Source of the DNA: Felis catus
Lineage: Eukaryota
Length of the DNA stretch: 64,000 nucleotides
Assembly: GCF_018350175.1 (NCBI RefSeq)
Contig: NC_058368.1
Coordinates: 102,426,001 to 102,490,000, forward strand
Reading direction: 5' to 3'
In this document: in pieces, positions 26,529 to 39,481 of the stretch
How positions within the stretch are numbered: the stretch's first letter is position 1
Layout: every line of letters begins with the position of its first letter
Made by a program: the position numbers and the translations under genes
The notes under the pieces: generated by a model
What the model was told of the DNA's origin: nothing
Database searches by the model: none
The model's input: only the letters and a program-made list of their open reading frames with translations

Positions 26529-26689
26529 AGAAGTAACACAGAAAGAACTCAGGGTGTGGGGCCTTTCCGTTTGCCCAGGCCCCAGCCTACGTGTGTTAAT
26601 CCACTCCATCTCTTTCCACGGGCTCCTAACCCTACGTTTCAGTTTACGTTGCCTCAATAAATCGTGTGATTTGTGCATCTTCAGTCTGT

Positions 26690-26960
26690 GAACTTTCCGT
26701 CCCACGGCTATGGACAGCTTGCCCGGCTTGTCAACACCTACCTTATCTACCATTTGACTCCTCACCTGTGCTCCAGCAGCACTGTTCTCACTCTCCCTTC
26801 TATATTCCCAACACGTGCTTACCTCAGGACCTTTGCACTGACTCTTCCCTTTGCCTGAAACACTAGTCTCCTGGACATCTCTATGTCCTACTCCTTCATT
26901 TCCTTCGGGTAGCTATGTCCTGAACCTCCTATATAAAATTACATCGTTTTCCAACAGTAA
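26690..26960 (-). mobile_element. L2 fragment
   Basis: cctcaggacctttgcactgactcttccctttgcctgaaacact is typical of the L2 3' region. Confidence 0.6.
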
Positions 26961-27012
26961 TTTTCAGACCCTGTCCTGTGTCAGCACAGACCCCACAGGT
27001 TAAGGATGATCT

Positions 27013-27204
27013 CTTTTTAATTTATTTTTATTTATTTGTTTTCCTTTTCTTGAGACAGAGAGAGCAAGAGAGAAAGCGCGAGGGTGGGGAGGGACAGAGG
27101 GAAAGGGAGAGAGTGAGTCCCAAGCACAGAGCCTGCCTCGAGGCTCCATTCCATGACCTGAGATTAAGTCAGACACTTAACTCACTGAGCCACTCAGGCA
27201 CCCC
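27013..27204 (-). mobile_element. CAN-SINE (degenerate) inside the MER21-like LTR
   Basis: ctgagccactcaggcacccc end, T tail. Confidence 0.8.
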
Positions 27205-27314
27205 TGTTGAAGACTTTTTATCAAATTTCATTCCATAGTCATGCCTTATTAAATCATTGGCCATTGATGACTGAACTCAATCTCCAGTCCTCTTTCTGAG
27301 AGTGCTAACCTTCA

Positions 27315-27538
27315 TTTTTTAAAAAATTTGTAATGCTTAATTTATTTTTGAGAGAGAGACACAGAGACAGAGAGAGAGAGAAGGGAGGGACAGAGAGAGG
27401 GAGACACAGAATCCAAAGCAGCCTCCAGGCTCCGAGCTGGCAGCACAGAGCCCGATATGGGGCTCGAACCCAAGAACCTTGAGATCATGACCTGAGCTGA
27501 AGTCAGATGCTTAACCAACTGAGCCACCCAGGCGCCCC
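27315..27538 (-). mobile_element. CAN-SINE inside the MER21-like LTR
   Basis: Full reverse SINE body. Confidence 0.9.
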
Positions 27539-27764
27539 TGAAAGCTCCAGCCTTCTAATCATGTGGTTGCCTCTTCTGCAACCAGCCCCCAAGGTGAGGC
27601 TGTGAGGCTATGGAGAAGCCCTCCAAGGGTCACCTCATTACCATACAACTGGGCATGGCCACAAAGGGCTCCTTACGAATAACAAAAGGCACCCCTATTA
27701 CTCAGGCAATTCCAAAGGTTTTAGGAGCTTTGTGCCAGAAACCTGGACAAAGATCAAATGTATA

Positions 27765-28195
27765 AATATTAGATATATAATATATAACATATATATATCA
27801 TATATCATATATATTATATATGATACATATATACACACACATCTAATATATATGTATTTTATATATATTACATGTGTAATATATATTTATATATTATATG
27901 TAACATATATGTTACATGTGTAATATATAATATTTATATATTATATGTAATATATAATATATTATATATGTAATATATATTATGTAATATATACATATAT
28001 GCATACTATATATTATGTATGTTATATGTATATATACATATATTATGTAATATATACATATATTATACATACATATATATGCAACATATACATATATGAT
28101 ATGTAATATAACATATGTAATATATATAATATATATAATAATACATATATATTAGATGTGTGTGTGTGTATGTGTGTATATACATATACATAAAA
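27765..28195. repeat. (TA)-rich low-complexity tract
   Basis: Degenerate TATA/TATG/TACA repeats at the end of the MER21-like LTR. Confidence 0.92.
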
Positions 28196-28209
28196 TAACA
28201 CAAAAATAG

Positions 28210-28460
28210 GAATTTCCTCTCCCACATACTAGATATTCCCTGTCCTTTTGGCTCTCCTTTGCCTGTCTCTACATCATTTGCTACCACCTGACATATTATA
28301 TACTTGTTTGCATATTTCTTGACGGTCACCGTCTCCCAGTAAAATGCTAAAGTCCATGAGGGCAGCGTTTCGTGTCTTTCCTTAATTGTTCTCTCTCCAG
28401 CATCCAGAACAGCCTTTAGTCTCCAACAGGCACTCCATGAATATTTGTCGAATGAGGGAC
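28210..28460 (-). mobile_element. L2 3' end fragment (continuation)
   Basis: gtccatgagggcag...tccagcatccagaacag...caggcactccatgaatatttgtcgaatga. Confidence 0.65.
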
Positions 28461-29481
28461 AGAGTGCCACGTCAGGGTACAGGAGAGATGTCAGTGACTC
28501 GCCTCCTTTCTTTGAGAATCTGCCTCACCGGCAGTTCTAGGAGGGACGGTCCTGACTTCTAGGATTCTCTCCCACCTCTCCCCCATCTGGCCAGCCACAC
28601 GGGGTTACTGCAGGGGCAGAAGGCCAGTGCCCCTGTGCATCCGGGGTAGGAATTCGGAGGGGGAACAGAAAGGCTCAGTCAGTTAAGTGATGGTGGGAAA
28701 CGGACCACAGTGCTCCCCAGGGCCAGCCCAAGCTGTATTCAATAACACGAGTAGGGAAGCCATGAGGAGGTACCGCCAGTCCGTCTGTCAACAGAAGCAG
28801 GGGTGAGAGATTCTGCGACACTCGAGAGAGATTGAGGCGTTTTCTAGACACCATCACTGGGACCTGCCAATTCCTTTCCTACCCTTGGGCATTATGAGAC
28901 TGACTCCTAAGCTTTCAATAGACCCTCTTTGTAACTCAGCTGGTTTGAATGGGCTTCTGTTCCTGTCCCTAAGTGCCCCTTGGATGCTGGGCTTGGGTGG
29001 CACTGGGGCGGGGCTGGCCCAAAGGAGCTGGCTGAGCAGCGGGCCCATTCCCCCTCCCTGGCTCCCTCCACAGGCGGGTTCATTCAGAGCCTGGCTCGAG
29101 GGACACCAGGGGGCCACTCGTGGAAATCTGGACTTAAAACCGAGACACTAGGAATACCGTCAGTTGAGTCAGGCCGGGCATCCAGAGAAGGAGAGAGAGC
29201 CCTGAGCAGAGACAGAGCAAAGAGGCCAGGATGGGGAGAGGGGAGGGGAGAGGATGAAGGAGAGGGAAGGACAAAGGGGCTGCCAACGTGCCTGAACACC
29301 TCGCAGGTCCCAGGGCCTGCCCCCTGCAAGCTTACATATACTTCCTGCCCTCACTCCCAGAAGACACCTCTGCCCTACATTGAACCTGCCTATTGTGCTT
29401 AGGTTAGTTTGACTAGGTTTCTGTTATTTACAACTGAAAACTCTTTGACTAAGGCATAGTCTTAGCAGCAAGTCTTAGCAG

Positions 29482-29685
29482 CAAGCATCCGACTTCAGCT
29501 CAGGTCACGATCCCACAGTTCGTGTGCCGGAGCCCCGCGTCGGGCTCTGTGCGGACAGCTCAGAGCCGGGAGCCTGCTTCGGATTCTGTGTCTCCCTCTC
29601 TCTCTGCCTCTCTCCGACTTGCGCTCTGTCTCTCTCTCTCAAAAAATAAACATTAAGAATTTTTTTTTAATTAAAACGAAAAAAA
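29482..29685 (+). mobile_element. 5'-truncated CAN-SINE
   Basis: Begins at aagcatccgacttcagctcagg; head missing. Confidence 0.88.
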
Positions 29686-31391
29686 GGAGGAAGTACCCAG
29701 GTAAGCCTGCCAAACAGTCAGAAGACAGAGGCCCTCAGAGTTGCCTACATGGAACGTGGGGTGAGGTTGGAGACACTTGGCCTTCCCGGAGAATACTTCC
29801 TTCATATTAAATACCAGTCATCAGTTTCCACCACCAGATGACGAAAAGGAAGTCCCTCTTGGCTGACCTGGGGGATGCTACTTGGCCACCTATAGGATCT
29901 TGGCCCACCCCACCCTCCAGTCGGTCATGGAAACGTTCCTGAGTTCCCTGAATTGTCACATGGGGTTTCCAGAAGCTTCACCGCCACAGCAGGAGGACTC
30001 TCAAGACAGAAACCTGTGCAAGCTGGCCGCTAAGAGGCACCGAGACTTCCCCCGGCTGTGTGGCATTTTTTGTCTCTGACTCTGCCCCTCACTGACTACC
30101 ACAGAAGCCAGGCAAGGGGCACGAATGAGTCAGACATCGAAGCTCTCCACATCTGGGCACGTCTGCCACTCCTCAGCGGCCTGGGGACTGAGCTCACAGG
30201 GCCCGCGGCCAGCGGGGCTGCTGGGGACCTGTCCATGACTAATCCTGCTTCAGCCCCCAGACAGTCTGGTCACGAAGCTGTTGTCATAAAATACATCTTT
30301 TACTGTGTGTCTCTTATCACTGACGGGATGGTGGGGGGTTGGGGGGCAGCTGACATACAGGCACTTGGGGATTTCTGAGGCTGAGCACATCAGGCTTGAA
30401 GGTTTATGAGCTTTGGTCGCCGAGTCTCCAAAGCGAGGGCTCGTGTGCACCTCCATCTTCCCAGTCAACAATAGGCCTGCAGGGCACTGCAGAGACATGC
30501 GGTTGATGCACAGGGAGGAGCGCCGTCCCCTCGGACTAAAAGGGCTGAGCGCACAAGGTCTGGGCACTGCGTCCCCAGGAACTACGTGGCCCTTTAGTGG
30601 CACCTCAAGAAATCCATCCTGAAAGGACTCTGGCTCCTGTCCTGTTCGCCCGCTTTCAAAATTCCTTCTTTGGAAGGAACTGAATCCCACCCAAAGTATT
30701 GCCGGTCACTAGACCGGCATCAGCCCACCCCTCACCAACTCAGGGACCGCCATGTGGAACCCCTGAGCTATCCACCCTCCGCGACAAGTGCACCTCTATA
30801 CGTGGAACCAGCAACGACTATAGAGGGGCAGGAAATTGGGGCCATTCGTCTCCCTTCTTCCTACCAACTGCTGTGATCTCGGAGAGGAGAGAGGGGGGCA
30901 GAGGTCAAGAGAACGAAGCCTTCTCTGCATCCCTCTCCAAACCCCACCATCGAGGCTACCCAGGAGCAACCCGCCTACTCTTCCTCCCCCCCCCCCCCCC
31001 CCCAGCAACCACAAGACTGCTTTGCAAGAACCACTCAAGGCTCTTTCTCAACCTAAAGCTTTTGGTAACCCTGCGTCAAGGACCACAAGCTAACGCCTGG
31101 TTTCTCTTTCCCTCTAGGAATCTTCCCAGGGGATTCTCCCCCCGGCCAGTGAGCTAATCTGACCTTGCTCTTGGTACACCAGTGTCTGACATTTACCCCT
31201 CCCAACGTGCCAGTGCCCTTACCGCCCCCGCCCCCCCCCCCCACCCACTCCCCATGACTTCAAGCTTGTATCTCTATTCCAGTAAGGAATGGACCAGAGA
31301 CCCTCTCTTCTCTTCGGATTACAGGCTACTTGCTTGGGGAAAAGGTAGGTCCCTCTTATTTCTTACGGGCCTTAAATTTTAGGGAACTTCT

Positions 31392-31614
31392 GGGGCGCCT
31401 GGGTGGCGCAGTCGGTTAAGCGTCCGACTTCAGCCAGGTCACGATCTCGCGGTCCGGGAGTTCGAGCCCCGCGTCAGGCTCTGGGCTGATGGCTCGGAGC
31501 CTGGAGCCTGTTTCCGATTCTGTGTCTCCCTCTCTCTCTGCCCCTCCCCCGTTCAGGCTCTGTCTCTCTCTCTGTCCCAAAAATAAATAAACGTTGAAAA
31601 AAAAAATTTTTTTT
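31392..31614 (+). mobile_element. Young SINEC_Fc
   Basis: Perfect TSD aattttagggaacttctg. Confidence 0.94.
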
Positions 31615-31651
31615 AATTTTAGGGAACTTCTGCAGGGAGAAAAGAACATAC

Positions 31652-31655
<4 letters not shown>

Positions 31656-31705
<50 letters not shown>

Positions 31706-31707
31706 GT
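31656..31707. repeat. (TG)n(CG)n(TG)n microsatellite
   Basis: Direct reading. Confidence 0.92.
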
Positions 31708-33116
31708 TTGGGGCGGCAGTGAAGGGCGGTATCACCCTTCCCCCCCAGTAGAGTCCCGCTCGCTAGGTTTCTGAATCGCTTTGCCATCTTTCGGATGTTC
31801 AGTGTGGTCCATGACGTGGTAGCTCACCCCTTAATTCGGCCCAATCACTGGATTCTCTAGAAGAGAATCAGTCACAGTGGAGGGGCTCCCTGAGTTTCGC
31901 TTACGTGCCAACAACTGCCTGCTTCCTACCCATACCCCATCCTGCGTGCACACGTAGTTCAGGAGGAGCACAGGACAGCAGGAGAATCTACCCCAAGACC
32001 CACGGGGCTCAAGGAGACGTTGATCTTCAGACAACACAACATTCTACTCCTTCCTCTTCTTCCCTAACGGAACCCTGGTTCCAAGCCCTCGTGCGTCTCT
32101 CCGAGGCACGATCCGGGGGCAGATTCTCACCCTTCTGAGCCCGAAGAAGTGGCAGCAATCTCATCCTCTTGTCCATGATGGTTCAGGAGTGAGCATGTGC
32201 CCTGATTCTGGTCAAGCGGACATGAGGGAATGTGTGCCAGGTGTCGGAGAAAGGCTTCTCAACTCCTAAGACAGAGACACAGAAAGACTCATTCCTGTCT
32301 CCCAGATGTGGATGTCTCTGGACAGGGCCCCTGGAACTTCATGGCCATTAACACAAGGGATCAAGAGACTAGAGCAAAGAGTATTCCAGAGAAGCAGACC
32401 CGGAGGCATGGAGGACTGCATCTGGGGCTCACTCTGCTCTCAGCTTTGCGTCATGGAACAGAATGTCATTCCTCGTGGGTTCAGGCCATTGGAGTCAAGG
32501 TTTTGTTACAGGCAGGGGAAAATACCCAACCCCGCAACGACCAACTCCACCAGAGATGCCGTCCCTCTCTGCGATCAGGTTGAAAAGCCATCCCTGCCGG
32601 GCTGGGATTGCACCCCTCCTTCCCCACCTGCCAACCATCACCCTAGAAATAAACCCCGGAAACTTCAGGATCTGATCTAGGAGGGTGGGGGTAGGTGGGT
32701 GGATGACCTTCCCTGGGGAGGGACAGGAAGATGGGACCACCTTCTCCTTCCAACCTGCAGTCTTCTGATGATTCCATGAGGCTCAGGGTGCCTGAGCCAC
32801 GTGCCTCCTGCCACCCTGAGTAGGAAGAATTTTTGAATCAAATAGCGTATCTTGCCCACAGCACATATCTTCTGGAACAAACTCGTCTCAGAGGCCAAGA
32901 AAAATCAAGGCCATTCATTTTTTTTGGCGTCTGCTATATTAGAATAAGGTAGCAATTCCAATCCAAGTTTCTAGAAATGGGGGTACGGTTTACATGTTTA
33001 CATCTTGCAAACAAATATGTCGCGTATCTCTCTCGGCACACAAAATGCACTAGAAAAGGATCTGGTTACGGGAAATGAATCTGAAGCTGTGGTTGGAACT
33101 TCTTCCTTTGCTAGTC

Positions 33117-33211
33117 TTTTTTTTTCTTAGTAGGTTCTACGCCCTGCGTGGGTTGGAACTCATAACCCCTCAATCAAGGGCCACATGTTCCACCAACCAG
33201 CCAGGCGCCCC
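33117..33211 (-). mobile_element. Short older CAN-SINE
   Basis: ccagccaggcgcccc end with T tail. Confidence 0.75.
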
Positions 33212-33245
33212 CCTACCTTCACTTTTTTCAAAACTTAGCTTTTCT

Positions 33246-33456
33246 GTGGCGCGTGGGTGGCTCAGTCGGTTAAGCATCCGACTTCGGCTCAGGTCACCAT
33301 CTCGCGGTCCGTGAGTTCGAGCCCCGCGTCGGGCTCTGTGCTGACCGCTCAGAACCTGGATCCTGTTTCAGATTCTGTGTCTCCCTCTCTCTCTGACCCT
33401 CCCCTGTTCATGCTCTGTCTCTCTTTGTCTCAAAAATAAACGTTAAAAAAAAAAAA
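33246..33456 (+). mobile_element. CAN-SINE
   Basis: TSD aaaactta(g/a)cttt. Confidence 0.9.
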
Positions 33457-33792
33457 CTTAACTTTTCAAACCCCGTTTTTCCCGTCAGCCTCTGTCACAC
33501 GAGCACCGGTTCCCACCACACCGAGGTTGGATTGTGAGCTTCGAGTTACCAGCTGCGTGTGGCAGTGTTAAAGGTGGCGGGGACCACTCGGACAACCAGG
33601 AAAATAGTGTAACTTCCAGCAACTGAGGCCAGCAATGAGCTGACGACCCTCCAAGCTCTCAGGGTCCTGGGTCTGGACTGCTACCCAGCTCTGGGAAAGG
33701 CTGCCCCGGGGTTTTGTCTTCTAGAAAACTCAAGACACAGACTATATAGTTCCCCCATTTGCCCCTCTGAAAATAATCAAGAGTTTAGCAAA

Positions 33793-33983
33793 GGGGGGTG
33801 CCTGGGTGGCTCAGTCGGTTGAGCATCCGACTTCAGCTCAGGTCATGATCTCACACTCCATGAGTTCGAGCCCCGCGTCAGGCTCTGTGCTGACGGCTCG
33901 GAGCCTGGAGCCTGCTTCAGATTCTGTGTCTCCCCCTCTCTCTGCCCCTCCCCTGCTCATGCTGTGTGTCTGTCTCAAAAAAA

Positions 33984-34030
<47 letters not shown>

Positions 34031-34032
34031 AA
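33793..34032 (+). mobile_element. CAN-SINE with (TAAA)n tail
   Basis: TSD aagagtttagcaaag. Confidence 0.92.
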
Positions 34033-36289
34033 AGAGTTTAGCAAAGAAAGCGGGCTGGGTCGTATTACTTACTGAGCGACGTTACGATCCCTCTTCTGAA
34101 ACACGAGAGCATCGTGCTTGTGAAGCCTGCCCCTGTCCTTGAGGCCGCGTGGACTGCACTGGTTTTACCTCTGTGCCTCAGTTTCCTCAATTCTGAGATG
34201 GGAACAGTAATTGGGTTTTAGGAGAATTAAGTGCCGAGGCTGGGACGCCTTGCTTTTTAGAGACTGCTTCGGTGAAGGAAAAGAAAGAATCCATGCCAAG
34301 GGCCCTGCTAAGCGCAGGCTTCACTCTGTTCTCCCTCCTCAAGTTAAGGAAAGTAAACAACATTTACGACTCAGGCTTCTGCGGGAAGCAGGGAACGGAT
34401 GACTGTTTGGTGACAAAACAATAGTAAATGGCTTCGCCTGCCTCGTCTCTTTTTCAGACTCAGGGAGGGAATGAAACGACCGGGAATTATCATTTAAACC
34501 GCTGTTTTATCCTGTATCAATCATGGCCATTCCTTCTGGTGACTCTCAGACCCTTGGGCCGAAACCGCAGTAAATCAGGGTCACAGCCAGGGTGAACGCA
34601 GAAGGCCAGCCTTTAACTCCCTGAGCACTGCTGACCAGCAGGGGCAAGTTTCCACGAGAGAGCCATCTGAGATCCAAATGGGGGAACCGAGGGTTCTACG
34701 TGGAGCCTGTTCCCTGGTTTTTTTAATATTCTGCCGTCGACGGGACCACAGCTGTAAACAACTCCTCAATCTCATTGCTCCGTGAAGTTAATCGGCACCG
34801 TGTCAGCACTGCGGGCTTTGTGCATATGTTCAGGACAAGCTGATATGAGCGGGCCTGGAATGAATAATGTTTAGTAAAATCAATAAACCCTATTATTAGT
34901 CACTAAGGGGACTGATTTTATGTCCATAAAAGTGAAACAATTAGAACCGCATTAATGGCAGATTCATCATAGTAATATAACGGAGCCAAGTATGCCTGTC
35001 TTTTGGGAATCTTTAATTTACCATCCAGTCCTGACTATGTACTCAGAGAATCAGCACACATAATATAAACAGACCCCGCCCGGCCTTTGGCAATTCGTGT
35101 TGTCACAAGCAAAGACAACACGGTAACAGTTTCGGGGGAAGAAACAAAACTTCATTTAGTGATGAATGTAAACCAGTCATGAATAATGTTCCCGTAAAAG
35201 CCTAGGGGGAGAGACTGTTCGAATCGCGCTGTGCCTTTGGTCATATATCGCGCTGTGCTTATCAGCACTCCTGTTTATTACGCGTGCAGAGCTAAGCATG
35301 GTCGGCATCTATTTATACTCTATTTAGGCACCTAACTAGCAGTGATTAAAACGCTGATATGTAGTAAGCATACACCCAGTCATTTTGCAGCTGAAGGGGA
35401 AGACCGGCTTTTACGAAAATTGTCTCGAAAGTACTTATTACGAAAACTAGGAAAGTCCTCAGGAACCCGTAGCGTCGCCCGGGCACCGTAAGGAACACGG
35501 TAAGTGAGCGGAAGACTTAAGGCGCTCTTGGTCTGCCGTTGCGTTTTGAACAACTCGATCGTCTGGTCTGTTCCAGAACTACGGCAGCACGTAGGCCATT
35601 AACAGACATACTTGAAACTGGGTTTGGAACAGAGGAAACATGCTTGTTGAAGCGGCATACGAACAATTACATCAGCTCTTCAAGGATACATCAAGATGTG
35701 GTCTACAAACTGAAAACGAAAAAACGGATTTTAAAAATGCGGTTACGAAATGATGGGAAATACGTGAAATTCTCTTAAGAGTCGGAAAACACCAGAGAGT
35801 GATTTTTTATCAACAGTCACGAAGACGAAATTCAAAAGGAAACCCAAGTGAAAATTCAAAGAAAAACGTCCTTCGGCAGAAATCTAGTAAGAACACTGGC
35901 TGGACCCGGAAGGCGCCCGGCAAGGGTAACACTTGAAGGTGATTTTCTGAAAGTGGAGAAAACATGTGGATTGCACAGAAACCTACCCACTTGTGAAGAC
36001 AAGGCCCCTGACAGCAAGACAAAGTCCAGCAACTTAAAGAACTTTTTAGAACACCAAGTGGGAGAACTGCCATTGGCAATTAGAGTAAAATTAAAAACTT
36101 ACCTACCAGTTGCAAAGAAGCACGGAGATCAACCAGTCCAGACACAGAAAGCACACCCCCACTGCAGCGTTTCTTAGTGGCTGGGATGCCTCCCCACCCC
36201 CACCCCTCAGATCTGTGCATGGATCACTTCTCATCCCCAGTACTGAGGCTTCTCCGATCGCTCTATCTACACTCGCGGACTTTCACATC

Positions 36290-36500
36290 CCAATGCCCAC
36301 TCACGTGCTTTCGGTCCGTAGTGTTTATCAACCATCTGTTATACTCTTATCACATAGATATTTTATTATGCTTACCACACCTAAAAATGCAAATTCTGTG
36401 AGTACAGGAATTTCGATCTGTTTTGTTCACGGCCATATTCCAGCGCCTACACAGTGTCCGGGATAAAAGTAGGTGCTCGGTGAGTGCTTCTTGGAAGGGA
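36290..36500 (-). mobile_element. L2 3' end fragment
   Basis: tctgttttgttcacggccatattccagcgcctacacagtgtccgg...gtaggtgctc. Confidence 0.6.
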
Positions 36501-36931
36501 GGGAGGATGGGAAGGGGGGGCAAGGAAGAAGAAAGGAAGGAGGCAGTTAATTCTGTACGTTTGGCATGAAATCCGCTCATGGGACAACTTAATGGCGAGT
36601 CAAATAAACGGCTAGCTGACTTTTTACACACTTCACCTACCGTCCACGCATTGCCAAGACTAACTTTGCAATATCATTCCGTATCACAACCACCTGTATC
36701 TACCAATCTGTAGTGATGTCACGCCCCCTGTTCAGAGTAAAGACCCAGTGACTATGGACATGTCCTCTGAATTAAACACACCGTTTGGATGCCATACCCG
36801 CATATCATATAAGAAAACTTAGCATGTGTGTACTCCATGAACTGAACATTCATAGTATCAAGAAACCGCTTTTTGAAAACTGGAATCGCTATCAGCCAAC
36901 TAGAAAGAAGTCGAGACAGACAAGAAGCCGT

Positions 36932-37980
36932 TATAAAAAAAAAAACCTTTTTAATTCTGATTGCCAAATTATTTAAGGCAGGTATAAAAAAGGAAAGCAT
37001 TCAATATACATTTTACATAAAATAAACTAGATTACAGCATAAAACAAGTAACCAGGCAATGGCGTTAAAGTCTCTCTCTTCTAAAACTGGATCATTGTAA
37101 ACATTAAAAAAAAAAAAAAAAAAAAAAAAAGTTGGCGGTGGGGGGTGGGGACTGTAAGACTATTCAAGTAATAGAACAATCACAGATGTCTCTGGTACGC
37201 AGGCTATTGGGTTATTTGCCATTCAAGATTATCAAAAAATGACACCTCATTATTCACAGATGATCATTATTTCCCCATTTTTAATCTTTACATTATCTAC
37301 AACACAGTTTGTGTGGTATTGGCAACCCCATGCCTTCCAAAAGTCATTTTTTTTTTCCACAACACACAAGTACAAACAGTGACTACAGGAACATTTTACA
37401 CGGATGTGTCTTTAACGGGAGCCACCAAATAGACATCTAAATTGTACCCAAGCGTCATCATCACAGCCAGCCTTTCTGAGGGCCTTGCGGGGGGCGGGGG
37501 GCGGGGGGCGGGGGGGGGGGGAGGGTGGGGAATCTATGAAGGATATGCAAGGTTCAGGCACACGGATACGTCATTTATTTACAATCGAAAAGGAAAAGGA
37601 AAAGAAAGTAGGCAGCCTTTTGTGGCTAACGCTTTTCAACAGGACAGATACATTTTTTTTACTTCCTTTACTGAGTGGTTTGCAAGGGGATAGCAGACCC
37701 TGTGTGTGCGAGCCTGGTTACTGATACAAAAAGTAAAGAATATATATATATATATATATATGTATATACACATATATGTATACGTATATATATATAAAAC
37801 AGAAGCTTAATTACAGCAACATTTGTTACTCTGTGATAAAATCTGTAATTTACAAAAATGAAATGACTGGTTCTCGCCTGCCATTAAAGGCATTTCAAAT
37901 TAACACCATGGAACTGATGTCTGTATAAAAGCGCTTCCCCATGTGATCCAGTCACATGACAACGTACATTTCCAATCTTG
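36932..37980 (-). other. ZNF608: ZNF608 3'UTR (about 1.05 kb; 3' end approximate)
   Basis: Transposon-free, AU-rich sequence after the stop codon, ending at a plausible poly(A) signal. Confidence 0.75.
36950..36955 (-). terminator. Candidate polyadenylation signal ATTAAA
   Basis: ATTAAA on the minus strand, then a T-run and a GU/U-rich downstream element (CTTCTTGTCTGTCTCGACTTCTTTCT) about 25-50 nt further on. Confidence 0.65.
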
Positions 37981-37987
37981 TTATTCT
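37981..37987 (-). CDS. ZNF608: ZNF608 terminal exon, coding part (A GAA TAA)
   Basis: Strong acceptor TCTTCTTTTTCCTTTGCAG (37989-37988) followed by A-GAA-TAA, completing ...QRRE*, which matches the C-terminus I recall for ZNF608. Confidence 0.88.
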
Positions 37988-38590
37988 CTGCAAAGGAAAA
38001 AGAAGACCTTAGCACAGGGCTCCATCCGCATCTGACGCCAAAAACGTGAAAACCCTAAGACTGACGGGCTTATCTTAATTCCATTCGAATCATGGAACTC
38101 GCTTATTCCAGAAAGGGAATGCACACGAGGGTTACGATCTACACGGTGGAAAAATAAATTATGTTCCTTTCTGACACAACTTGAGGGATAATTAAAAGTA
38201 TCAAAGAACAAACATGACCTTTAGCATTCTGAAAATAAATGTCTCCCTTTGTGACTTTATTTTGAAACGTGATAAAACAAAGGGAGTGGCGGCGGGAGTG
38301 TTTTAACAGGGCTGTGAGGGTAACCTAAGAGGCTTTTCGACTGCTCGAAAAATAAATAAATAAAAGCCCTCATCAGTTAATTGCTAACCTATATTACAGC
38401 TAAAGAAATGAGGGTCCCGGAACGTAAGCTGCATGTAAAGCAACGGGCCATTAAAAGCACGTTCGTTACAAGAATATAAAAACCCAAAGAGCCAAAGTTT
38501 TTGGTCTAAAAGGCCTACACTTAACTGCCCCCCACCCATTAAGATGTCTCTAGGTAGAAAAACGTAGATTCAAAATGTAAGGATATTTAC

Positions 38591-38672
38591 CTTCTTTGTG
38601 CAGGAAACATTCCTGATGCAGATGCCTGGGCAGCCACCTGCTGAGAGGCAACAAGGGCGGCGGAGGTCAAGC
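38591..38672 (-). CDS. ZNF608: ZNF608 penultimate coding exon (82 nt)
   Basis: (G)[26 protein letters not shown](R). Acceptor TTTTTTCCCCCATTAG (38674-38673), donor AAG|GTAAAT (38590-38589). Confidence 0.94.
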
Positions 38673-39481
38673 CTAATGGGGGAAAAAATGCAGGGTTTCT
38701 GTGACACTCGGGAAAGATAAGAGCAGGTGCAGGCCCAGGGGTGAAGGGCTGCAGCAATCCGTCCTCTCCTAAACACACACAGGAAATGTTTCCCATAGAA
38801 GAGACGGAGCCCACACCGCTTAGTCTAACCCCTATCTAGCCATTTATCCAATACTCTGCGGTTTTCTTAATAGCTAGTCAAAGAGAAGAGAGAACATTCC
38901 ATCTCTGTGACTCTGCATGGTACTAAATGGTTTGCTCGCATTCCTGAATAGGAAGCTCAGGAGACATAATAGGTCCCCGGCAACAACAGGAATCAAAAGT
39001 CACAGTGAATTACAGAAGCAACACGCCATTTGCTTAGCATACAATACTTTCATAATAACTTTTATCACTTCAGCATTTCCCCAGTGAACAACACAACGCA
39101 TCCTGCATCCCGTAAGAAACACAGAACTGGTGAATGGAACTTAACAACAGTCCTAACTTCTACCTTGCAAGAGAAAGACAGCAGTCAGAGAACGGAATGG
39201 CTCCAGATGGCGCGAAGCTGCCTGATCGGAAATTATTTTTTAATTCTACAGAAAACAATCCTGGAAAAACAAGAAAAAACACGTGCAAAGCTAGGGAAGA
39301 TAATTCTCCTTCTAAGCCCTCTATGTTCTTTCTGAACGCTACTAGTTGACTGTGAGTGGTAACGAGGGGTAAACAAATAAAAATGACCTTTCCCATGTGT
39401 AGAGTACTTCCTACTCCTGGAGCTACCTTTCACACACGGTATCTCGGATTCACACAGCAGAAGGAGGACCAATGTGGCAAG

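Larger units (their letters stand above)
26975..27780 (+). mobile_element. MER21-like LTR, split by two SINEs and inserted in an L2
   Basis: Diagnostic segments (tcattggccattg, gtcacctcatt, gaataacaaaag..cctattactcagg..ttccaaaggttttaggagct..gtgccagaaacc) recognised by eye. Confidence 0.7.
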
